Part shown: piece after piece, positions 36,656-47,689 of the stretch
Layout of the letters: each line of letters starts with the position of its first letter
Position numbering within the stretch: the stretch's first letter is position 1
Assembly: GCA_964036045.1 (NCBI GenBank)
Contig: OZ038378.1
Coordinates: 24,924,001 to 24,988,000 of the forward strand
Direction: 5' to 3'
Length of the DNA: 64,000 nt
Source of the DNA: Eutreptiella sp. 'Long Island Sound 2002'
Taxonomy: Eukaryota > Protista > Euglenida
Made by a program: the position numbers and the translations under genes
Notes under the pieces: model-generated
Seen by the model: only the letters and a program-made list of their open reading frames with translations
What the model was told of the DNA's origin: nothing
Databases searched by the model: none

Positions 36656-37501
36656 TTAAGTGGGCCCATTGTGCCCATCAGTGTGAAGTTCACACGAGAA
36701 GTCTGTAGAGCAGCTACAGACACTATCACGCGGGAACCCAGGCATGGGCTGCATGCCCAGAGCGTTCCACAATTCATGCGTGCTGTCGCATGGCACTAGG
36801 GCCGGCTCGGGAGACAAAATGGCAAAGAAAGAAAAGTCTAGGAGTTTGGGCAGGAGTGGCGTATGGGGGTCCTCAGGGAGGTGTTCATGTTTGGCCTTTT
36901 TCACTTTAGGGGTGGCGGGTGTGGTAATGACTTGTAGTGCCGGTGTGGCCTTTGTTGGAAAAAGGGGGTGGGACATGCGTCCCACTTTTGAGAGTCTGTC
37001 AGCCTCCTCATTGCCGGGGACGTCGACGTGCAACGGCACCTTGACCCAGAGGATTTCCCTGTCGGGGTTGGATAACTCCTGCAGAAGGGTTTGCCAGAGA
37101 TCGACACAAGCCAACTTGCCGCTGGATCCCCTCCAGCCTCGGCATTGCCACCTTTTGGCCGCCCCCTGGGCACCTAGTAGGACATACTCAGAGTCTGTGC
37201 AAATGGCAATTTTGGTGTTAGGAACAATTTGCAGTGCTCGGACAGCCGCGTAGAGCTCTGCCGCATTATTGGTTTGGCGGCGATGCAGTGGCATATAGTT
37301 GGTCACTCGAACACCACTTTCCGTGGCAATACCATATCCAGCGATTCGTCCGACACCGGGCTCATCTTCCGAGGAGCCGTCGGTGAAAATGAGCAGGTAT
37401 CCCTGTGCCCGGAGCTCGGCGAGCTCCGGGTACAGTTCCTCCGCTCTCTGCAGCTTACGCAAGTGTCGGTTTGTGGAGCGTACCCCCCCCCCCTTGCGCA
37501 A
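36656..37501 (-). CDS. Ribonuclease HI-type ORF of the LINE; the first track codons come from the MITE end
   Basis: IFTDGS, TNNAAELYA, CTDSEYV, W--RGW, WVKVPLHV--PGNEEADRL: all four acidic catalytic residues and the His are present. Confidence 0.88.
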   Translation of the reverse strand: MRKGGGVRSTNRHLRKLQRAEELYPELAELRAQGYLLIFTDGSSEDEPGVGRIAGYGIATESGVRVTNYMPLHRRQTNNAAELYAAVRALQIVPNTKIAICTDSEYVLLGAQGAAKRWQCRGWRGSSGKLACVDLWQTLLQELSNPDREILWVKVPLHVDVPGNEEADRLSKVGRMSHPLFPTKATPALQVITTPATPKVKKAKHEHLPEDPHTPLLPKLLDFSFFAILSPEPALVPCDSTHELWNALGMQPMPGFPRDSVCSCSTDFSCELHTDGHNGPT

Positions 37502-38031
37502 GCACGCTGAAAGTCAGCAAAACGACGGTAACACGGGCTCATGTGCTTAGACAAGGCCGTGCCTGCGCGCGACGCGCGGTACCAAAAGAACGTATGTCAC
37601 CGGAAACCTGCCCACACCTCACCCTAAGCACAATTGTCGCAACAGGGCACTACAACACAATGTGCAGGCAAATTTCAGCGAGTTCTGGGGGTCCTCACTG
37701 CCCATCAGTGCCATCAGGAGCTGTGGAATAGAAGCCCTTTCCCAGGACTGGATGTACGTAACAGCCATGCCAGGTGTAGCAACATGATCCATGGCTGAAA
37801 ATCACATCAACAGGGACATCATTGGGTTGCAATTGCAAGCAAAATGTGGGTATGAGCAGGAGGAACTACCACAAGCATGATCAAGCCCCCCTTTCCCTAT
37901 ACAAGCGAAGCACAATCGCATAATGTTACATTTCTGACCACAAAAACCATGGTCAGAAAATTCCATCAAAACAACGGTAACACGGGCTCATGTGCTTGGA
38001 CAAGGCAGTGCTTGCGCAAGGGGGGGGGGGG
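37483..38031. mobile_element. 549-bp TA-flanked MITE inserted in the LINE
   Basis: TA|CCCCCCCCCCCTTGCGCAAGCAC ... GTGCTTGCGCAAGGGGGGGGGGGG|TA, with an internal 33-bp direct repeat (37525 and 37974). Confidence 0.8.
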
Positions 38032-39678
38032 TAGTTACGCCGCCGTGGGGGGGGGGGGGGTGCAGGGGGGGCACTGGAAAGTGTGACCGTTGGTATGTAG
38101 TGCTTTTCAATGTAAACCTCCAAGGTGTGAATGAATAGTGTCAAGCCATCATCACTGATGAACCTGTCGGTGTTTGTGGCCCATTTGGCCAAGTACGAGC
38201 ACCATTTGGTCAAAAACGCCATCCACGGCAGCGCTGTAGCTTGCTGTTTTTTGACGGCACATCGTATGATCCAGTTTGTGTGGACTGCGGACCAGGCCAA
38301 AACACCAGCGGGTGTGGTGAGTGTGGTTGTCGTGTCCGTAGGGAAAATATGTGAAATGTCCACCTTGAAGCATTCTTGGATGATCTTAAAGGCATGTTTG
38401 ACAAAGGTGCATTCGTGCATGCAGTGTGCGATTGTTTCCAAGGAGTGATCAATGGGGCAATGTGTATCAAAAGGTTTCCAAGCTCGTTGGCGTTCCCCTG
38501 TTGGGAGCTTTTTCTAAAGAGCCGTGTGTACGAAATTGTGCAGGCGTGTGGGCAAGCCCGCCCGGGCCAGTGTCGCCCAGACATCCAAGGTCTGCCTTGA
38601 TTCGGGGGGCCTGGATGTGGACAGAAACTCGACCATTTGATGGTGCGTCCAATTACACCAAAAAGACAGGGGGGGCCATGGCTTGGCGCCCGGCGGTGCC
38701 AGGCCCTTCTGCCTGGACTGTGCTGCCTGGTCGGGGCAGCGGGGTGGGTCAGTGTTTCCACCTAATGCAGTTTGGTAGACATCCCTCCACGTGGAGGTAA
38801 TGAGCTGAAAAGAAGAGTCATCTTCTAAAAGCTGTCCCACAGTGAGCACCCCAGCTCGGATGAGCTGGGGGCAGAAGTAAGTTTGTGCCTGTTGGTTGCG
38901 AAAGCAGTTGTTGTGCCATAATGGAGTGTCATAACTGAGCATAATGTCAGGATATGCCATTATTGGTTGTCTAACCAATTTTTGGTTTGGCTTAGGGGGA
39001 TGAGGAGGACTACACACTGCAGCCGTGAGTTGTACTCAGGGTCATACTCAGTGTCAACAACAACGATTACAACAATAAAATTGTCCCAGATGGTATGGGA
39101 CTATTGTGCAAAGGGCATAGATTCTACATGTCCGAAACAACTCCAGTAAGTTGGGGTGATGCCACTGCTACATGAATGACAAGCCCCACATGCTCCTTGA
39201 GGCTGGGGGAGTGGGTTTTGTTACCATCCCAACACGCAACTAGACCTCCCCTTGCAACGACTTCCTCCCTCCAGACAACAACAGGTGCACTGGGACTGGT
39301 ATTAGGTTCTAGCACCTTTGGATGTTGAACTTCTTGAGAACAAAAAGGTAACACACACGAGTACATGCGGCGAACAAAGGGGGAATCTTTGCACTGTGCG
39401 CGCACTGCGCGCTACTTTTAGACTATGTTCCCCCGGAAGAGCCCCCAAGCACACCCCTTGGAAACGCCCTTAGAATTAGGTGACCCAAACTGCCCCAGCT
39501 CAAGAAAATTGCAAACCACCTTCCCTGAACATAACACACATCATGCACATCTGGAAAGGCCATGAACAGCGCATTGGTCGCCACCCTCAAGAACACACAA
39601 CTGTTCTCTGGTCCATTGTCAACTAAGTACACATTGAGAATACGCAACTTGTGTGCACAACATGACACAGTTGCAGAA

Positions 39679-39990
39679 TCAAAGAAATGTCACACTGTCA
39701 CATGTGTGCGTGTCAATGCAATCCGTACAATATTGCAATTCACACTTGTCACACATGGACATCTTTTCAGGGTCAAACTTGGTGCAACAAAGGGCACAAA
39801 CATCCCCATCATCACCCACAACATCCTCATCATCATTGTCCTCCTGTGTAGGTGCGGTCCATACATGTGCAGGTACGTGTTCCCATGGACCATATGGAGG
39901 GTACCGTACCTGTCTTCGAATCAAAAATTGCTGCAAATGCAAGAGTACACGCACGTACTCATGCAACTCCGTACCGGATCCCCTCCATAT
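39679..39990 (-). pseudogene. 3' fragment of an unknown transposon-like gene with an acidic spacer and Cys/His finger
   Basis: ELHEYVRVLLHLQQF...RYPPYGPWEHVPAHVW...CALC..CDKC..CTDC..HTC; homologous to 62044-62400. Confidence 0.6.
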
Positions 39991-40039
39991 GTTCCTTACG
40001 ATGCCCCAGTGCCACATGCGTGCAAACAAGTGCTCAAGG

Positions 40040-40135
40040 GCGGAAATGCTACGTCACCCCTGCATTCTCGGGGGTCCCCAAAAGAAGGGGAACAAAATCA
40101 GAAGTCAAAACCTACGCTAGGGGTCACCATGATGC
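40040..40135. repeat. Dispersed satellite-like family (GCTACGTAACCCCTGCATTCTCGGGGGTCCCC...AAAATCAGAAGT)
   Basis: The same motif occurs at 54180-54290 and 60290-60790, with variants near 11560-11610, 27850-28270 and 41790-41880. Confidence 0.8.
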
Positions 40136-43100
40136 CCCTACGGGCCCCTAGTATCACAAAGTATGGGTCTCTAGTACGGCCAGACGCCCAAATAGTTGCA
40201 CTGCGCGCGCACTGCGCGCGCACTGCGCTTAAGGCTCCCCCAAAGACAACTGCAACGCCAAAACACGGTTTCTGCGCTGCAAATGCACCCAATTTCTGTT
40301 GCAGCCAAGAATTGGGGAAAGCGGGGTCCCACAACAGGTCGGTACGGCCCTTGAAGTGTTGTTCGGCAGGGCGTTGTTTGCATACGGGAGTGGGAGTGGG
40401 AGGAGGGGAGAGAGTGCACTTTGGTCCATTGAGTGCCTTGGTGGCTGAGGTTGTGTCCTCGCTCGGCATAGCCCCCCCCCCCCCCCCCTCTCTGCGGCCT
40501 TTTTGCGTGGTGGGCCCGTCCTTTAATTCGCCCCAGCCTGTTCCGGGTTCCTGGTTGTATCTGCATCACATCTTCTTGCATCCGCCCACCCCTTTTCCGT
40601 TCCCCTTGCCTGCCCTCACGTGTTCGTTGCCCCCGCTCCGGCATTGGTTTTGCTTTTGATTGTTGTTATTTTTGGTGGTGGGGGGTGGGGCAGGAAAGGG
40701 GGCTCTCGTGACCACCGAATGGGGTGGGGGGTGGGGGGTGGGGGTCATTTCAGCTCAGTCCCGGACCCCAACCCCTGCAGTGTGGGCCTGGGGGGTCAGG
40801 TTTTTTTTCAGGTTGGGGTCATTCTTGTATCCCCCATTTCATTCGGAGCATTTTGAATACAAGTTGGGGGGGATCCCCTTTTACCATTCACCACAATTGG
40901 GGGAAATGGGGGGAAATGGGGGGGTATGGGGGAAATGGTGCTTGTGCTTGTGCCTGTGCTTGTGCTTGTGTCTCGCCAATCACAGCAGGCGGATTGCTGC
41001 CAACCTTGTTGTGTGCCGCCAACACTGGAGGAAATATCCTGTCTAGCACCAAAGAATGCCGGTCTACATCCAGTGCGGGCGCAAGGTCCCCACCCTCGCT
41101 ACTTTGGAGGGCAGCTCCCTTCGGCACCGGAGATAAGTCCATCGGCAACAAAGATAAATCCGCACCGGATGAGCATGCTAAGATATGCTCGGTCACCACT
41201 GGCGCACCAGCACCTTCAGAGGAAACCTCCCTTCGGTCAGCAGGGTCATTCCGCACCGAATGGGCAGTGAGGACTCCCCGTGGCTGTGTGAGTGCCATGG
41301 ACACCCGCACATGGCAAGCATGGGCAACACCAAAGGCTGTGGACGGAAATGCAGGGGAACGGGGGGAAATGGGGTGAAATGGGGGTAATTGGGGGGACAT
41401 TTTCTGATCCGCGTTCCATAGAGGCTAGAAACATTTTCCGGGCGCCGCTGGGCCCAAGTCGGTTGTTCCTCATTGTTTGCCGTTGGAGTGTGAGGGCTAC
41501 ACTCGCACGCCGCAGGCGCGCCGGAGGTGCGCCGCAGGCAAGAATAATCCTCTTAAACTGTAGAAACAGTGAAACTTGCAACAAGAAGGAAAAAACACCA
41601 CTCCATGACCATTCGGAGTACCTGCCTGTACAAAACCCACTGAGTGAACAGCACAAGGACCGCACTTGAGCCGGGGAAGAGCTCAGAATGCAGGATCTTC
41701 ACTGAGCAACCAACGATATTTTTCTAGTGCCTTGTCTTGCGAATCTTGCGCTCAAAGCATGGACATTTGCTGAAAAGGAGGCAAAGGGGAACCCCTACCT
41801 TCTCAGGTAGCAACATAACCCCTGCCTTCTTGAGCATGACAACATGGGCTAAATGATTTTACTAACCCCTTCAAGGGCACCAAAATGTAGAGGAAGCAAA
41901 CTCGGCACCCATAGACCGTCGGCGGCACGCCTACTTAGCCCAGCATTCCCCAGCACCCCAACCCCAAGCCCCAGCACACACAGGTTAGCAGGGGGGGGGG
42001 GGGGTCAAAAAAGAAAAAAGAGTCCCCAAGGGACGTATTGCACAGTGCAAAGGGGTGGCGTGTGAAAAAGTAGTGAATCCAATAACAATGAATTGCCTGT
42101 CTTGTTTGCTGTCGGGATTATTCTGAACGCTCGCCGCAGGGCGCACCGCAGGCGCCACAGGCGCCGCATGGGTGTAGCCCTCTGTGTGGAGCCTATGTGA
42201 CATAGCACTCACAAGGGCTGGGTCGGGCTTGAAAGCGGGTTTGAATTGGCCATGCTGTGCTGTGTGAGTATGATGACCGACGAAACTGCATGTTTCCTCA
42301 CTCAAATCCGACACAAATAACTTTGGCCAACAGAGGCAGGGCACACACATGCGCACCACACAGCACTCACCCCGCCTTAACGGAACATGTCCCATCAACC
42401 CCATTCTCAATGCCCTTCACCACCATCAACCTCCCCCAAATGCCCATTGGGCTATGAGGTGGCACACACGCGTACAAATAGCATAGGCAGAGAACAGGGC
42501 GCGGAGAAGGGTGCGGGGTGGGCGTACCGTGGTCCCACACGGCGCCCTTTGTGGGCAGTTGCAGCAGCATGTCATGTCCGCCCCATATCCTGGGTCCATG
42601 GGGTCGGCTTCAGAGTATTCAGTGCAGAGGGCTGGCCATGTACCTGCTCCAGCCCCGCTGGGGGGGGGTGGGGGCTCAGGTGAGTGTGCAGCAAACACGC
42701 ACCTCGTCACGCTGATTGCGAACCCTGATGGATGGGGGGGGCATGGGGTCGAAAATGGGGCTTGGGCACCCGCCTCCCTTTGGGGCCCCGGTGTGACTGT
42801 TGAGGAGGGCTCTGGCTGCCAAGTTTGTTGTGCTGCGTTGTTTGGGCTGCTTACCTGGGGAAACCTGTTGTGTGCACTCCAGACCTCACTGACCCCACCC
42901 AAAGCCCAATGCCTCATGCCCGCAATGCTGGATGGCCTGGTGGTAAAAAAACTCAGCCTCCACACGAAAGTGTGCACATTGGCATGCCTTCCGGAGCACT
43001 TCGATTGTTTCAGTCAGAGGGTACAAAACGGTGAGAATGGAACTTGTTTCCAATTGCAATATGTGTGTTTGTGTCGTGCCATGCCCCCAACTGAGCCCTG

Positions 43101-43399
43101 CTTGACCCAAAATGATAATTCCTCAACATGAAAGCGCCCACATCACAGGGTGCTGTCCAAGTGGCTAGGGGCTTTCTGACTTGTCAACGAGCCACACACG
43201 ATCAGGATTGAACTGCCTCTGGTGTGCGCATCCACGTCGTGCCATACCCCAAACCAGGCCAAGGAGGGCAGTGCAGTGCAGTCGTGTGCCACAGCATATG
43301 AAGAGGGGATGGGACAAAAAAGGGGGGGAAAGAAGTGCAGTTGAGGGAGTAGTGGGGGGGGGGGCGGGGAAGAGCTGTCCTCAAGGATCAACACTTGGA

Positions 43400-44175
43400 A
43401 AAAGAACGGCCCTCATTGGAGACGCCTCTATGACACACTGGCGATCGTCCTCAATGTTCAAGACAATCGTCCTGGAAATTGGCTGAAAAACGGCTCATTT
43501 TTACCTCAAAATGGACCACTGCATGGCACCACGCATGAGAGACGCCTCTTTGAATCATTTGCAATCATTTGATGGTCCAATCGCTTTGGAAGAAGAACGG
43601 CCCTCATTGGAAACACTTACATGAAACAGTGGTAAATGTCTTGAAAACGGGCTGAAAATAGCCATTTTTTGGACACTAAATCGGCCATGGAACAGGCTAG
43701 ACGGCTCGAAATCACACAAAACTTGTTTCAGGCTATGCGCATTTGCTCTGCGGTCCTTTGAGCTACCTGGATGCTGGTTTTGAGCCACAGGACCTCCAAA
43801 AAGACTTTTTTCCCCGCCTACCGCTGCTTGATGCTTGCTTGCTGTTGCTGCTAAAATACATTGCTCACCCTAGACCCTATATTAAGACTTACGACTAGGA
43901 CTGAGCTGGGTCCTAGTCTTGCTCATTGCATACAAAATCACTGTGGAAGAAGAACAGCCCTCATTGGAGACACATACTTAACACAATGGTGATTGTCCTA
44001 AACTTTCAGGATGATCATCTTTGAAAAGGCTGAAAGCGGTCATTTTTGGACATCAAATTGGCCATACAATAGGCTAGACGGCTCAAAATCACACGAAACG
44101 TGTTTCCAGTGAGGCACATTTGCTCTGTGGTTGTTTTGAGCTACTTGGATGCCGGTTTTGAGCCACCTGTGCCCA
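43400..44175. repeat. Three diverged direct copies of a unit starting AAGAAC(G/A)GCCCTCATTGGA
   Basis: Unit starts near 43402, 43593 and 43950; copies 2 and 3 share a further ~200 bp (GGCTAGACGGCTC...TTTTGAGCCAC). Confidence 0.8.
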
Positions 44176-45206
44176 ACAAGACTTTGTTTGTGCCTGCGGC
44201 TTGCTGCTGCTGCTGCTGCTTGCTGCTGCTCCTAAAATGTCTTTCTCACTCTGGAGGGTTGTAAAGCAGGGTTGTAAAACCTCCACTAGGAGACCATATA
44301 AAAACAAAGGCTTCTTGAGGACACCGCTGCTCCCCACTCCCCACTTTCTCCGTGCTTCAAGTCCAACACCTGCAATTGGCCCCAGCCTTCACCGCTGTGG
44401 AATTGCCTACACCAGGGATAGGCCTGAGTGGTTGATGCCCCTGAGGCCTTGAGGGAGGGGTTGGGGTGGAGGTGCCCTCTGGGCACATTTGGAGCCACAT
44501 GCTATCGACCATGGGGTGGCACCAGCCGTGTTGTGCCCAGAGTTCACAATTGGACTTGGTGTGCAGCTTTTGATCGCACCGAGAGATTGTGTGTCGCCTC
44601 GGTCCCGTCGTCAGGGGCGGCAGCAGGACAGGGCCAACGACAGCATGCCCAGAGCTTGGCCCAGGGGACAGGTGGGGGGGAGAGGATTAATAGAGCCCCT
44701 GTAGCCAGACCTGCTCTGGAAGGGACGCCATCGCCCAGACCCACCCACCCCCCTCCCTAAAAGGCCCACAGGCGTTGCTTGGGGAACCCAGACCCCAGAC
44801 TTCAGACAAAATGAACATGGCATTGGTGGAATGAGTGCAACGAGGGGGTCCACAACATCATCACTTGTCTGCAATGCAGTGAAAAAGGCATTTTTCACCG
44901 CAGACAATCTTCTCTGCCACCTTCAGCGGGTTTCATAGTGCCCAGTCCATTGAAACCCCCGCCCCAGGGAACCCCTTCCTTCGCAATCGAAAGTCCGACT
45001 TCCCCTGCTCCCTCACCCCCGAGGGGGCTCAGAGGGCCGCGTGTCCGACAGCACGGCAGCCATTTGCAGGTGCTTGTGGCAGCACATGGCCTGTGGAAAC
45101 AGCCATGTCAATCACAGTCCATGACCTCAGACCCAAGTCATGTGACACAAGCGCAAAGACACGCGGCGCTGCATCACCGGTGCACGGCCCCACGACCACC
45201 CGGTCG

Positions 45207-45758
45207 TCACCTGCACTCCACCACCCCTTCATACGGCCCCCTGTAGGAGCCGCAGCCCGCGGGGAACGGCTTCAGCTGCCCCTTTGACGGGGCCATGCAC
45301 CGCGGGCCCCGCATCTTGTGGAAGAACGGGTGCACGATGGGGACGTTGCAGAGCTCCACCGAGTACCCGAAGGGCCGGCCCTCCTGGCAGCACATGAGCT
45401 GGACCGTGTCCACGTACTGCTCCTGGGTCAGCCACTCCGGAAGCATCGAGGGGTGCAGCTCCCCCATGACGGGGATGGCGCCCAGGCGCAGCCGCACGGC
45501 CGGCGACACGAAAGGCACGAGCTCCCACTCACAGCCCTCGCAGTCCATTTTCAGCGCAACGACCCTCCGGAGGGCAGCGTCCAGTTTGTAGTCCCGCAGG
45601 ACGTGGTGCAGGGGCACGGTGGGGACCGTCACGGTGAGCTTGGTGCCCTGCCAGCCGGCGTATGCCCCTGAGGCAGGGGGCCACCCTGGGACATAGAAGG
45701 TCTCCAGCAGCTTGTGGTCACGGCCGATGGCCAGATTGAACGGGATGACATTGGTCAC
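45207..45758 (-). CDS. FkbM-family methyltransferase, exon 2
   Basis: Acceptor CTGCAG|; phase 0; NLAIG, LKMDCEGCEWE, GELH; ends in TGA. Joined protein is 342 aa. Confidence 0.88.
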   Translation of the reverse strand: MTNVIPFNLAIGRDHKLLETFYVPGWPPASGAYAGWQGTKLTVTVPTVPLHHVLRDYKLDAALRRVVALKMDCEGCEWELVPFVSPAVRLRLGAIPVMGELHPSMLPEWLTQEQYVDTVQLMCCQEGRPFGYSVELCNVPIVHPFFHKMRGPRCMAPSKGQLKPFPAGCGSYRGPYEGVVECR

Positions 45759-47212
45759 CTGCAGCGGGGGGGTGGGGGGGCGCAGGACGAGGGCCCGACG
45801 TTTGGACGTTCGGCAAAATGACAGAAAAATCTGGGGCCGTCCGGTATGCGGCTCAAGAGACTGCAGTGGTCTCGTGTGGTAGCCTATTTCCAGGCTGATG
45901 ACAGCATTTCAGGCCACCTGTCGGCAGTTGAGGGAAAAAGGACAGCCGATCGGGGGCCAAACGACGGCGGTTGGGCTGGGCGTCTTTTTGAAACAAAAGT
46001 AAACACAAACTCTCGCCAAACAACGGCCTTGTGCAGGAGGGGGCCGCACACCTGCAGTAACGGGGGAATGTGCAGCGGTTGCCCACCCGCAGTGCAGTGC
46101 GGGTCAGGCCCTGATCCATATCCCGTGGGGTCTCCGGGCACCATCAGACAACGACGAGACGTCAGGGATGTGTTGTTGAAGGGGGGCGGGGGGGCAAACG
46201 GTGGAGGAAAATTGAGCAGCAGCCTGGCTTGTCCGTGGTGTCCTTGTGTTGCTCCTTTGCTGTGGCCGTGCTCAGGTCCAGGGCGGTGCATCTGTCAGGC
46301 TCTTTGCTTCCCGGCACAGCGTGGGGCAGCCCACCAAGTGTAACGTATCAGTGGTCCGCTGCATCGAGGGGGGGGGAGGGGTCAAAACTTGATTAAGGTG
46401 AGCGAAGCGAACGTGTAGGTGGAGCCTTTGGTGGACGTACCCTGTGTAACACAGCCACCCACCAAGAGCTACTGCATTGCACCCACTCAGGGGCACAGAA
46501 CTTCAAAAGGGGGGGGGGGCACGAGGCACGCGGGGGTTTGGCTGGTTGGTACTTCAGGACTTAACGCAATGGTTCGGGTTTTCAGGAGGAATTAAGGAGT
46601 TGTGTGTCCCCAGACGGTGGGGGAACACGTTTTTGGGATGTGGGAGTCGGGCTGTTGTCCCTCGGCTCACAGGTACCGGTGCCAGGGGGGTACAATCAAG
46701 GCTGAGTAAGGGTGGTACTTACGGGTGTACCCACTGATGTGGGTTTTCAGGAGGAGATTGTCTACATTGCGTGTCCCAAGCCTCTGAAGAAACGTACTTT
46801 TAGTCCGTGAGAGTGGAACAATGGCCCCTCTGGTCACAAGCGCTGCTTCTGCCCCTTGGTGTCCCTCCCGGCGGCGCGGAAGTGCGTCACATTCAGCCAT
46901 TCCCATGACAGTGAAAATTGGAGGGTGCCCAAACCAGAAAATGAGAGGGGTTGAGACCGAGACTTACGAGAAGAACGTGAAGAATGACCATCAGGTGCCG
47001 AAATCAAATGCATATGAGGCAGTGCACTCCACAATCTGACTGGAGTGCGTCTGTATTCTCCAATTCAGACCTGGTTGAGCCTCAGAACCTCAGGTCCTCG
47101 GGAGAGGGGGGAATGATCTCCTCTCAAAATCCGCTCAAACTGCGAGGTTCACAACTGGATGCAGCGGACTGATGGGGGACTTAACTAGGGGGAGGGGGAT
47201 TGTGCCGCAGAC

Positions 47213-47689
47213 CTTGTTCATCTTGAGGTTCTTGCGGAGGTAGTAGAAGTTGGCGGGCATGGGCTCAAAGCTGAGGATGGTGGCCGAGGGGTGGGTCTTC
47301 GCCAGTAGGATGGCCACCAGCCCCAGGTTGGCCCCGAGGTCCAGGATGAAGTCCCCCTCCTCAGTCCGCAGCTGCTGGATGTGGTACGGGTCCGTCATGA
47401 ACTCCTTCCACAGGAACGCGCCCCCCTTCCCGTCCCTCGTGGGCGCGCTGAGGTACACCCGGTGCCCCAGGATCTGCCGCGTCTTGTAGTCGGACCGCGG
47501 GGGCCGGTACGTGACGTTGCCGCTGTACGTGGCCAAATGGCAGCCCTCATACCGCGGGAGGGCCATCTGCGCCAGGTCCTGCGGCAGCGGGGGGCAGGGG
47601 GGGGCGTGGTCCAGGGCGTGGCCCAGGCCCAGAGCCCAGGCCACACCCATCACAAGGATGCAACATGGCCGCCAGGTCACATCCGGCAT
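47213..47689 (-). CDS. FkbM-family SAM methyltransferase, exon 1 (signal peptide and motif I)
   Basis: MPDVTWRPCCILVMGVAWALGLGHA signal peptide; ILDLGANLG; SFEPMPANFYYLRKN; donor AAG|GTCTGC; candidate acceptor CCACACAG 3 nt before the ATG. Confidence 0.88.

Larger units (their letters stand above)
36535..39400 (-). mobile_element. 5'-truncated, degenerate L1/Tx1-like LINE: post-RT region, CCHC zinc knuckle and terminal RNase H
   Basis: PLWHNNCF motif; CPIDHSLETIAHCMHEC (zf-RVT-like); in-frame stop at 38514; RNase H ORF downstream. Confidence 0.75.

Noticed and set aside
39562-40659. 365-aa plus-strand ORF
   Set aside because: Runs antisense through the Cys-finger fragment and satellite repeats; no domain.
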